A stretch of 62,995 nt of DNA, filler included, from Reclinomonas americana ATCC 50394 (taxonomy: Eukaryota), in NCBI GenBank assembly GCA_048213135.1. It is 13 parts of 13 records of this genome, joined end to end, with 100 filler letters (N's around TTAATTAATTAA, not from the genome) between each part and the next. Parts side by side here need not be neighbours in the genome. Positions count along the whole stretch, not along the records: positions 9,966 to 15,327 come from AFZH01021686.1; positions 15,428 to 21,315 come from AFZH01021687.1; positions 21,416 to 25,600 come from AFZH01021688.1; 10 more parts are not named here. One strand, written 5' to 3'. Below are positions 14,082-25,700 of this stretch, in pieces (positions within the stretch are counted from its first letter, which is position 1; each line of letters starts with the position of its first letter). Below the pieces are notes generated by a model, which was given only the letters and a program-made list of their open reading frames with translations, did no database searches and was not told the origin of the DNA. A program made the position numbers and the translations under genes.

Positions 14082-14434
14082 TCACACACGCACACATACA
14101 CACGCTGCACTCGGGCAGCCTGTGCTTGCTTTCTCTGTCCCAAGCTGAGTGCGTGTGTTGTGCGCAATTACCGCCCGCAACACCAACACACGCACACAGA
14201 CAGAACGACACAAAAGCGAAGAGCGTGAGCACGTGGCGACACAGTGCGCGGGGGAGAGAGAGAGAGAGCAAGAGGCAGAGATGCGCACACCTGCAAGCAC
14301 AAAGCGACAGTGACAATCGCTCGCTCATTCCCGCCATTCTGCGACAAGAACACGACAAGGCCGCATGGTGCCTCTCTCTCTCCCCCTGTCTCTCTCCTCA
14401 CACACACACTCTGCGTACTCACTTGCAACACAGG

Positions 14435-15327
14435 TCGCGTCCTCGGCTGCTGCGAGTGGTGGCGACACTCGCATGCACTGGGACAACTTGCTCCGACACT
14501 ATGCAGTCCCTCACGAAGGTCTCTCCATCACAGTCTGTCATTGACTGTATGCTTTCTCAACACACACATACACACGAAAAGGACTGTTGGATTTCGATTC
14601 GCTGTGGAGCAGTCCGTTCCGTCTGGGCACCACGCTGGAGGGCTCACAGTGTGCACCGTATCAGATCCTCTCGCTGGTGCAGCTGAATGCGCGTGTGAGG
14701 CAATGTTAAGTAACACATGGACGTAGAAAGAGCAAGTGAGAAGCACGTGCTCAATGCCACTCAACCAGGGTCATCTGTGTCGTCGGCATTCGAGGCGAAT
14801 CGAGGTGTTGGGCTGTTCTCGCACTCGTTCCTGACGGATTACCCGCGACCAGTGTGGAGCAGTGGGTTCTCTGTGCGACTCAATGGTTTGTCCAACTGGG
14901 AAGCAGCATTCGGCATGTGTGTTTGTCTCTTGTTTATGCGGCGTGTGACGCAGACATGGAGCTGGGAAAGCGGCTGGTGTCGGCGTCGCAGCACTTGCCG
15001 TTGTCGAATGCGTGGAAGATGCTCACGCTGCGCAACGGTGGTGGGGAGAGTGAGACGCCGGCGACGATGTCGTCGGAGAAGGTGATGAAGCCGGGTGCGC
15101 ATGCAGCGTCGCCCTCCGGTGCCTCAACAGGCACCGAGAAATCGCGTGGGTCGCTGCGCTGGCCACTGTTTCGTCATCCGACCATGTTTCACTGTTACCT
15201 GACGCGCGAGATGGATGGCGTCCGACAATTCTTCATGCAAGTCGAGAACAACAACGCCTACATCCGCTTCAGTGGAGTCCGTGAGGAGCCGGTGGAGGAA
15301 ACGTGGCACACCATGCTGTCGATGGCG
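14435..15327 (+). CDS. 5' part of a hypothetical protein, cut by gap
   Basis: Open exon 14954-15327 (DMELGKRLVSASQHL...WPLFRHPTMFHCYLTREMDGVRQFFMQVENNNAY...) runs into the gap. Upstream exons are tentative. Confidence 0.4.
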
Positions 15328-15518
15328 NNNNNNNNNNNNNNNNNNNNNNNNNNNNNNNNNNNNNNNNNNNNTTAATTAATTAANNNNNNNNNNNNNNNNN
15401 NNNNNNNNNNNNNNNNNNNNNNNNNNNTTGGGCTTGATGAATTGGAGAGGTTGTTGGCTTCTTTCTCGAGTGCACGAGAACTAACACTGTTCGTTTTCGC
15501 GACGATCGTCGCCTGCAG

Positions 15519-16988
15519 GGCAACAAGCGGTGAGTCTGTTCTCATCGTGCGTGCGCACGCGTACTGCCGTCCACTCGCTCACTCGTCCGCGACGCAGGTG
15601 CAACATTGTCGACACCTGGTGGCAGACGGAGACGGGTGCCTGCATGCTGACGACTTTCCCGCACGCGACGCACATGCGCCCCGGCTACCCCGGTCTTCCC
15701 ATGTTCGGTGCGTGACGCGTCGCCCAGCAACCTCATTTGCAGTTGTGCTGTGGAGTCTGAGTTTCGTCTGCAGGCGTGCAACCGTTGTTGGTCGACGACG
15801 CCGGCCGGGAGGTGGACGGCAATCACCCTGGACAGGGCAAGCTGCTGCTCAAGGCCCCATGGCCCGGCATTGTTCGTGCTCTGCGTTTGACTGTGTTTTG
15901 TAGTAGCTCACTCGACTGTGGTGATGTAGATGCGCACCGTCTACGGCAACCAGAAGCGCTTCGAAGAGACGTACTTCCAGGAGCATCTGGGCTACTACAC
16001 CACCGGTGACGCCGCTGCGCGTGACAAGGACGGTTTCTACACCATCAAGGGACGCACCGACGACGTGCTGATTGTTAGGTGTGTGCTGCACGTCGTTTGT
16101 GTGGACACGACGGCTGCATGACTCATCTAGTTGTTTTTGCGTGTGTCCAGCGGCCACAATCTGGTTCGACGACTCGCGCACCGATGCACCAGCCTTACGA
16201 TTGAGACTCACATCTCCTCTGTTCACATGCAGGGTACGGCTGAGCTGGAGAGCGCATTCCTCACTCACCCGGTGCGTCGAATGACATCGGAAAACATTTT
16301 GTGATTGTAAGCGACTGACCTTCCCGCGCAGGCATGCATTGAGGCTGCCGTGGTCCCCGTGCCGCACCCCATCAAGGGACATGTGCGTCACTGTCTCCAG
16401 CATGCTGTGTGCGCACAGCCGACCCTCGTGACGCGTTTTGTTGTTGTTCTGTTTGCAGGGTTTGTATGTGTACATTGTGCCTCGTGACCCGAAATCCGTC
16501 GGCGAGCCACTGCGCAAGACCCTCAAGGAGCACATTCGCCACGAGATCGGAGCTTATATCCTTTGCTGTTCTCACTTCCTCCCATCTTGCGCTGTTCTCA
16601 CATTTTTTGTCGTCCTTGACTGTGTTCGTGCCTCACTCGCCGCCCCCGAGGACATTCAGTTCTGTGCCGCCCTGCCCAAGACCCGCTCTGGCAAGGTCAT
16701 GCGCCGCCTGCTGAAGAAGGTGGGCCGACGCAGTGTTTTGTCACGAAGTGTCGAAGACGGAGCACTCACAGGCGACGACTGCACAGTTTGCTCGTGACGA
16801 GTTTGACCATCTCGGCGATCTGTCCACGCTGCTCGGTGCGGGTTACACTTTCTCGCTCGCTTCCTCCCTGCCTCCCACTGATAAGTCTCACCGCGCATGC
16901 AGACCCGCCGGTGATTGATCAGCTCATTGCCGGTCGCAAGGCCCGCGTGGCCGAGGTCGCCGCCGCCAAGAGCGCCAAGAGCAAGTGA
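15519..16988 (+). CDS. ACS: acetyl-CoA synthetase (AMP-forming), C-terminal half; N-terminus lost in gap
   Basis: Motifs [85 protein letters not shown] and [14 protein letters not shown]. Stop TGA at 16986-16988. Confidence 0.95.
16556..16636 (+). other. U12-type (minor spliceosome) AT-AC intron in the ACS gene
   Basis: 5' end ATATCCTTT, branch site TCCTTGAC at 16613-16620, terminal AC at 16635-16636. Removal restores the conserved EIGAFAAPEDI. No GT-AG alternative found. Confidence 0.9.
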
Positions 16989-17252
16989 AGGAGAGCTCTG
17001 CGGTAAGTATGGTGCGGCGGCGATAACAAAATGAATGCAAAAGTCCGCGGCTTGGTGAACGAAGTCGTCGAAGTTGCTGTTTTTGGCAACAAGAGTGCTG
17101 CGACGGTTTAGTAACGCGAAAAGCGTGGGCATAGTCATCGTGGAAGCAGCACAGTGCTTACGTAAGCTTCATTATCCCGCACAACAACTTCGATCGTCCT
17201 GTCTTTGTTGTCTTGTTGTGTCGGGAGAGCTTGCCTCCTCTCTCTCTCTCCG

Positions 17253-20200
17253 ATGGGTCACGTCTTTGCACGCGACACACTTCCTCGCGGCGTCATTCGT
17301 CAGTTCGAAACATGGTGTGTCTTCTGTGTGTGTATGCATTTTTCCTACACACTCACTCGCACTCACAAATCCTCACTTTGCTGTGCTCTCTCTTGCTCTC
17401 TCGCATGTGACAGGGACACCAATGATCGCCGTCGGATGGTGGTGAGCACGCGGACATGGCACACACACATCTTGTCAGACGAACGCACACACTCTCTCTC
17501 TCTCAAACACACACACTGCTCACTCACTCGCCTTACATGCACACATATGCACACACACTGAGTAACAAAGAAAAGACATCTCTTTTTATTGTTGTCCGCC
17601 TCTCCCTCTCACGCATTGCATTCCAGGTGAAATCAGGCAACATTGTCGGCGAAGAGGTCTCTGCGATTGTCAATCCCGCTCACTCGACACTCTCCTTCAA
17701 AGGAGGTGCGCGACTCTGCCTTTCTCTCCCCTCTTTGCTCACTCACTCACTCACTTGCTTGAAACACAAAGGCGTGGCGCAATCGCTGCTCAAGAGCGGT
17801 GGTCGGGAAATCGAGGACGAGTGCAAGAACTATGTGCGCAGGAATGGCCCTCTACCGACTGGATGTGCCATGAGCACCAGTGCGGGCAGCGGTCGGCTGG
17901 CGTGCATGGCGATCATTCACACGGTGGGGCCGAACTGTCGCGATTCGGCAAAGGTGGACTGGGCGCGCGCCGACTCGGAGTTGTCGCAGTCGGTGATGAA
18001 CTGCCTGCAGATTGCCGACGAGCAGGTGCTGCGTAGCGTGGCCTTCCCGGCCATCTCCACGGGCATCTTTGGCTTTCCGGCCGACCGATGCGCATACATT
18101 ATGATCACGTCGGTGCTGCAGTTCTTCAATCAGCGGCCGAATGCCAATGTGACCGAGGTGCGCTTTGTGCTCTTCCAGGACGAGGTGGCGGAGACCTTTG
18201 CACAGGCCGTTGCGTGACACTGTTTTCCCCCACATTCTTTGCTGCAGTCCACTCCACGACATTGTTCTCAATGCATTTGTTCCGTGCAGTTTGACAGTCT
18301 CATGGAGGCCTACATCATGCCTCGGCCGCTGCCGGAGGTGCCGGCGACGCCAAGCACTGTTGCGGCAGCGGACATGCCGTCGGAACCGTCCGGATCGTCA
18401 GGGTCGTCACCGCCCTCTGGTGCAGCGGCAGCGGCAACACCAGCGGCAGCGGAGCAGCCGCGTCGCGGCGAACCTGCGGTCTCCCAACCGCCGCCATTGG
18501 CCCTCAGCGACAATCCGCGATTGGCACTCGATGCACAGCTCAACATGTGCCGCCAGTCTGAGCGCTCGCTGACAGAAACGATCGACAGTGTCAGTCGTCT
18601 CATTGACGACCGCCACTTGGTGGACGCCATCGAGGCCTGGGGCATTTTGCTGAAGGCTCAGCAGGCCATTGTTGCGTGCTCTCACCTGTGATTTTTCTGG
18701 CGTGTGCTGAAAAGCAGAGAATGACATGCGTGCAGAACGAGCGGCAGCAATCGGATGTGGCGCCCGAGCTGCGCCGGCTGCACGAGGTCGTGGATCGCCG
18801 CATTCGGCTGGCATTCGCGGCCGCCGGTGAGCTGCGCGCGCTCATCGAGCGTGACAAGGCCATCACTCCTGATGTGGCACGAGCTGCCGACCTGCGCACG
18901 GAGTCGTGCACGGCGGCTGGCGAGTCGATTGATCAGCTCATGGCGTTTTTGGATGCGCGGTGCTCTGCGGAGAACAGTGTGGTGGAGAGTCTGGAGCGCG
19001 TGGCTGCCAGCCTGCGTCGTGTCGGTGTCGCAGTCCCTGTCGACCTGAATGAGTTGCCGGCGCCGTCGCACGAACTCGGTTTGCTGTGTTTGTTGCCCGT
19101 TGTATCGCGTAACGGGTCAGCCTGCTTACGTGTTGCTTCGTCGCAGATCTGCCAAGTCTGTTCATGAGCGTCGAGCAGTGGCTGAGCACGCATGTCACGG
19201 AGCTGGCCACGGCCACGCACAACTGCAACTTTTACTTTGAGCATGGCACAGTCACGCAGTGGAGGGAGGCAGTGGCCGTGGAGCGCACACTGATTCAGCA
19301 GGTGTGTTTTCGAGGGAGAGGGACGAGAGTGTCCGCACACAAATGTCTCACCTCGTGCGTGCGCACACAGTGCATGGCATCGTGGCCGCTGAACCCGGAG
19401 TTGGCAGACCCGCTGCAGGTGCTCACGCACATGCGCCGAATGGCCAAGGACACGGTGCAGCTGCTGATCAACCGTCGTGCCAGCATGTCGGAGTTGGAGG
19501 GTAACCGACGAGTCTTTGATCGCGTCATTCGTGCCCGTCGGGAGGTGTCTTCGCTGGCCACACAGATAGAGGCAGCGCAGCGCAAGCTCAATTTGAGCCA
19601 GCTGGACATCGAGCAAAAGCCGCTCGATCGCCGCCGCATGGAGTTGCAGGGCGCGTCGGTTGGCGCACTCGACGACATCGACCAGCAGCTGGCCGAGGCG
19701 CGACGAAAGCACGATGAGGCGCGTTCCGAGTTCGAGCGACTCAATGCACAGTTGAAAGACTTCCAGGATCCCGAGTGGCTGCCTGATGTCCCGCTGCAGC
19801 CCGTCGGCAACACGGCCACGGTTGCGTGCCTATTTGAGGTGGCGGTGTACAGAAGGGGAAAAGTGGAACTTATACGCGATGTGTGTGTGTGCGCAGGGCT
19901 TGTGGATCTCGCAATATGGTGGCACACTGCCGCTGCCGCGTGCGCTGCAGAGCGATGCGCTGCATTTGGTGGGTCGCCGACGCGAGGACTACGATGCAAT
20001 CAAGAATTTGGCCAGTGCAAACTCTGTATTCAAGGCGCGCTACCGCCCCACCGAGCACGAGTGCGTCATCAAGCAGTTTGACGTCAGCCTCCCCGAGCTG
20101 CGCCGCGCCTTCCTCAAGGAGCTGTCTGTGCTGCGGAAAGTGCGCCACCCCAATGTCGGTGCGTGCAGCAGAAGAATGTTTGCGAGTTTCTCAGTGCGGA

Positions 20201-20380
20201 GAATACTCACTCTTTTGACGTGACAGTGCCACTGAATGGCTTCTTTGAGGCGCCGAGCACCTGCATGATGCTGGAGTTGCCGTATGTCGGCAGCCAAAAT
20301 CTGTGGCAGTGGCTGGACTCTGAGCGCCCGAGTGACGACGTGATTCGCGCCGTGTTTCAACAGTTGGTGCAGGTGAGTCC

Positions 20381-20414
<34 letters not shown>

Positions 20415-21252
20415 CTGAGAGCGAGAAAGAAAGAGAAAGCGAGAGAAAGACTGAGAGAGAATGAGAGACTGATTATGACTGAGAGACACCTGCGCCATGT
20501 CGAGTTTTCGCAGAGTGTCTTGCTTAAATTGTGTCACATTAACTGCAGGGCTTGTTGGCGTTGCACCAAAACGACGTTGTACACACGGACATGAAGCTGG
20601 AGAACGTCGTCATGCGTGATGACGGTCGTCCCGTGATTGTCGACTTTGATGTGGCCATCAGCAAGGACATGTTGACGAAGCGAACGGCGATTCGGCAGAG
20701 TTGCGTGACATGTGCAATTCGGATGACCATTCGTTTCCACTCATGTGGAGAGCACACACACAGCGGTGCGTGGTACGGACGGCTATCTGGCGCCTGAGCT
20801 GCTCGGCGGTGATGCCGCGCGCTACATTGACAAGCCCGCTCGCGACATGTGGTGCATCGGTGTCATGCTGATCCGCGCCTACATGTTCAACAACGAGGTG
20901 TCGCCGATGATCGACTTCAGTCGACCCGTGGCCAACATGACGCAGTTTGCCAGCCGTCTGGAGAATGTGCCGTATCTCATGGCGCTGCTGTCGGCACTGG
21001 TGGGTGGATGGGAGGAAGTGGGGAAGGGGCGGAGGGGATATTGGGGGAAAGAGGGAGAGAGGAGGAGAGGGAGCAGGAAGGGGGGAGGGGGACGGGGGAA
21101 GGGAGAGTGGGAGTATGGGGGAGAGAGAGAAAGAGGTGGAAGAGAGAGGGGGAAGAACGATAAAGAAGGGAGAGAGAGGAGAGACATGATGTAATGCTCA
21201 GTGAGAAAGTGGGAGAATTTGGGAGTGGCGGTAAGGACAGTAAGAGTTACAA

Positions 21253-21310
<58 letters not shown>

Positions 21311-23969
21311 AGAGANNNNNNNNNNNNNNNNNNNNNNNNNNNNNNNNNNNNNNNNNNNNTTAATTAATTAANNNNNNNNNNNNNNNNNNNNNNNNNNNNN
21401 NNNNNNNNNNNNNNNCAGGTTGTTCGGGAGAATATGAGAGAGTGAGAGCGCGAGGAGAATGAGGAGGAACAGATAATCGAAGAGAGAGAAAGCGAGGAGG
21501 GGAGATAAGGAAGGGAGAGAGAGGGAGAGACGTAGATGTGAGAGAAGAGTGAGGGGGAGAATTTGGAGCGTGGCGGAGAGACATAAAATAGATGCAAGAG
21601 AGATAGAGAGGTGGTTGTTTGGGAAGAGAGCGATCATGCCTGTGTCTAAATGGTGATCTTGTCGCTGCTCCAGTTGACACAAGATCCGAATGCCCGTATT
21701 TCTGCGGTGGACGCTTCTTGCCATCCATACTTTGTGGCATCGCGCGTGTTGATGATGCCATCGGCGCCGTTGCTGGAGCGGACGGAGCGAGCCTACATCA
21801 ATTTCCGCCAGAGCATCTCCAACGCCATTCAGCGCTGCGTCAATCGACGATATATGGTTGCGTTTCTTTGTTTCTCGCCTATTCGCATGCTCGCCTGCTG
21901 GGCGACTGACGCAGTGTGTAGCGTCTTCCGATTCGCCGTGATCACATGGTGGAGGACGTGGTAGAGTTGATGCTGGCACTGGCGCCTGCTTCGTGGCTCG
22001 AAAAATCCTATGTCGAGTATGCCGGCGAGCAGGGCATTGATGTCGGCGGTCTGACGTCGGACATGTACACAAAGGTGAGAGGTTTTCTCTTTCGTGTGTG
22101 TGTGGGCGGTGTTTTGACTGTCGCTCACCTCCCTCGGATCAGTTCTTCTATGGCATGTGTGCGGAGGGCAGCGTGTTTGAGAAGGAGGAGCAGAGCCACT
22201 TTTACATGCCTGTGGATCTGAACAGCATCACAAACGCGGCCAAGCGACAGGCGGCCGAGAGGACGCTCAGGGGCGTCGGTCGTGTGTTTGCACGGTGCAT
22301 TGTGGACGAGCGCAAGATTCCGTATCCGCTCATTGCGCCAGTTTTCTGGACACTGCTGTGCGGTGCGGTGGCGTGGGATTGTAGTGTGCTTACTCTGCAG
22401 TGGCAATGACCCCATTGTTTAATCACGCAGGTGGCGAGTCTACGCAAATCATTTTGCGCACGAGCAGCTCCACCAGCGAGTGCAACTTGCTGCTGCGTGC
22501 GCTGGAGCCCATCGACCCTGGACTTGTGCGAGTTTTCCGGCAGGCACTGACTGACGACTCGGTGGACACGTGGATGATGACGTTTGAGGATGTGGATCCC
22601 GAGTTTTTGCCGTCGGATATGGGTGCGGAAGGGGGGCGGAGAAGGGGAAGGGGGGAGGGGTGAAGGGTGGGAAGGGAGAGCGAATGCGAAATGTTTGTGT
22701 GTGCGTTTGGATTGTTGGGAGTTTGTTCGCTGGATGGTTTATCGATTGTCTGTTTGTCTCTCTGCCTCTCGTCGCGTCTCCCTTTCTGTCTTTTGACGTT
22801 TTTGATTGCTGGTCTGCTTGCAGTGTGTTGTGTGCTTGTCCCCTCTCTCTCTGGCTGTCTGCCTACCGTCGCACTTGCATGCCTTCCTGCCTGGCGGTGT
22901 GTCTGTCTGTTTTTCTGGTTGCGTTTGCACACATTCTTTCTCTCTCTCTCTCTCTCTGACACTGTCCCCATCTTTCTGTCTGCCTGATTTTGTTCGACTG
23001 TCCCGCTTGTTCTGTTGCGTGCTTGTTTTTTGACTGTCTCTGGCTATCTGTTTCTCTCTTTGTCTTCTCACTGTTCGGTCGATTGCATTTTGTTGTGTAC
23101 TCCTCTTTTCTCTCTCCTCTCTCTCTTTCAGCCTGGCTGTCTGTTTGGTTTCCTTCTGTTTGAGTACTCGTTTTGCTTGTCTCTCTGACGCTTTCTTCTC
23201 TCTCTCTCTCTCCATCTAGTTGAACGTTTGCCTGCTTGTTTTTCTACTCTCTCTTTTTCTGGCGCGTGTCTGTTGCTTACTTGATCGCCAACAGAGGCCA
23301 CCACTCTTGTGCGAGCCTCTAACGCCTACACATACGTGTGCAACCGATGTCGCTCGCGATTGGCCACCAACGGCCGCCGTGCTGCCATTGATTTTATCCG
23401 TGAGGGCATGCGAGATCTGCTCTGCGTGCCGGTGGAAGTTGCATTTCACAACCCCTCTGTTGCTGTGTATCGAACTCCAACTTGTGCTCATTACTGGCAC
23501 TTCAGGTATTCGAGGCCATGACGCCATCGTCGTGGATGCGAGTGCTGGTGGCCGACGAGTCGATGGATGTCAGCGACATTCTCAGCATTATCCAGTATCA
23601 CGGGCGTGGTGGGGCGATCAAGGAGATTTTGGAGGACGTGCTGCGGTCATTCTCGGAGCCGGAGCTGCGCGCGTTCTTGCAATTCGTCACTGGCCAGCCG
23701 GCGCTGTGTGCCGAGTTGAACGTCAAGGCGGTGGATGTGCCACGCGACGCACTGCCAGTGTTGCGTCTTTTCGTTGTTTGTCATTTGTTACTACTATAGC
23801 CGTTGTTCACCACTGCACGTGTAGGGCGCACACGTGCTTCCTCCAGCTGGATGTGAGCCGTCGTCTTGGAGCCGTGGCATCCGAGGCCGAGCGCAGAGAA
23901 GCAGTAGACCTTTTGCGCTCCAAGCTGTTGTACGCCATGGAGAACTGCGACGGCTTTGCTCTCGAATAA
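17253..23969 (+). CDS. macrodomain + coiled-coil + protein kinase + HECT E3 ubiquitin ligase fusion (spans gap 21316-21415 inside an intron)
   Basis: Macro at about 17626-18208 (AIVNPAH, KGGVAQSL, IIHTVGP, VAFPAISTGIFGFP). Kinase at about 19990-21733 (VIKQ, KELSVLRKVRHPNV, HTDMKLEN, DFD, GTDGYLAPE, LLSAL|LTQDPNARISAVDASCHPYF). HECT at about 21920-23969 (YAGEQGIDVGGL, FLQFVTG, LPVAHTCF, LRSKLLYAMENCDGFALE*). Confidence 0.85.
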
Positions 23970-24132
23970 GTTATTGCTGCAATAAAGCGAGGTGAGATCG
24001 CGAATGCACTCTAGCGAGGTGTGGTTTCTTGTTTCATTGCGAGGCATGGACAGGGAGAACATATATATATATATAGGTAAGGAGGCGAGGTGCGGTGAAG
24101 CTTTGAGAGCAAGAGAATAATGAGGTGTCGCA

Positions 24133-25493
24133 TCACAACTTGGCCGTGAGACCACCCGCCGAAGCGGCGGCGATTTCGGTGACCGCACGCACGCCGGTCT
24201 CCATCGCAGTGTGAATGGTCGACGACACACTGGTGTGCGTGGCCTCACCGGCAAAGAACAAGCGCCCGTGCACCGGCTGCGCGTGACGTGATGAGGAGAG
24301 AAACGCAGTGCAGGCAACGTGCAGTGCACAAGCAAGTACCTCGGCGAGTGCCAGCTTCTTGCCGTAAGCGCCGACCGAGGGATGGCTGTACGACCCGCGA
24401 ATGAACGGGTGGTCCTTCCATGAGTACACAGCGGCGTCTCCAAACGAGCTGGTGGCCGGCTTCGGGTTCTGCTCGGTGCCAAACATGGTGTCGAGGAACT
24501 CGAGGAACTCGCGTGTGCCCTTCTCCTTGCCGAGCCGTCGGAGGCGATCGTCGGCATCGTCACCAATGACAAACGCCACCACAGTGTACTCCTGCTCGCC
24601 AGGTCTGCAGCGTGCCGGGTTAGGGGTCTTACGAGGAACACCGAGGCGACAGGATCACTCACCGCTTGCCAGGGAATGGACCATTCATCCACACTTGCGA
24701 AAACTGCGGATTCTCGGTGATCACCAGATCAATAGTCTGTTCACAAGGGTCAACGGTGAGGCCAGATGGGGACGAACGAAGATAGGTGACACTCACTGAC
24801 CTCGGGCCAGAACCGCTTGTTGAATCGGCAGATAATCTGCAGGGGAGCAGAGGTTAGAAAAATCGACATGTGGGGAAAGGACACTGACACACACGCACCT
24901 TTGCGCCACCCTCCATGCCAATGCTCTTGGCGGCATCAATCTTGGCCGGCGGCAGTGGCGGATCGAAAGTAATGTCGCCCGCGGCGAGAATCGTCACCGG
25001 CACGGTGATAATCACATGGTCACACCGCACCACTTCGCCGTTCTGGTTGGTGATCTCCACACCCGAGTCCTCGCGGTAGCGGATGTTCTTGGCCTGCCAG
25101 TTGAGGCGGACATCGACGCCCTCGGTGAGCGCATCCAGCACCTGCTTGGTGGAGCGCCAGAAGCGGAAATTGTCGCGTCCGTACTTCCACTGGCGATCCT
25201 CACGAGCGCCCTCCTGCGCACAGGGAGTGAGGCATCAGAGTGGGAACGTGCATGGAAATAGAGAAAACTGCGCCCACCTTGACACCGAGCCGCGTGCACG
25301 TGGTGCCATAGGTGCGGCAGTAGAGCGACTCGGCCACGCGGAACAACTCCTCGTGCACGCCCTTCTCCCGCAGATACTCGTAGAAGGAGACATCGTCGGG
25401 CATGTCCTCCTCCTCGTCGCCAATCATGTCGATCACCGCAAACATGTGCTCCATGTGCGGACTGGTCTCGCCCTCGAACACCATTTGCCCGCC
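24133..25493 (-). CDS. flavin-dependent amine oxidase (polyamine oxidase/LSD1-like fold) with PTS1 -AKL; N-terminus lost in gap
   Basis: DVRLNWQA, CDHVIITVPVTIL, ITFDPPLPPAKIDAA, WKDHPFIRGSYS, LFFAGEAT...TIHTAMETGVRA; ends GGLTAKL*. Confidence 0.9.
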
Positions 25494-25700
25494 TGTGGGT
25501 TGCCGGAAAGGAGAAGGGGTTGAGTAAGGGAGTAGTGAGAGAGACGAGAAGTGAGAGAAGACAGTCAGCAGCAAGCGCTGGCATGGAGATTGAGCAGAAA
25601 NNNNNNNNNNNNNNNNNNNNNNNNNNNNNNNNNNNNNNNNNNNNTTAATTAATTAANNNNNNNNNNNNNNNNNNNNNNNNNNNNNNNNNNNNNNNNNNNN

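Noticed and set aside
14770..15327. ConA-like N-terminal domain of a second BEACH protein
   Set aside because: Similarity too weak to call from memory; left as hypothetical.
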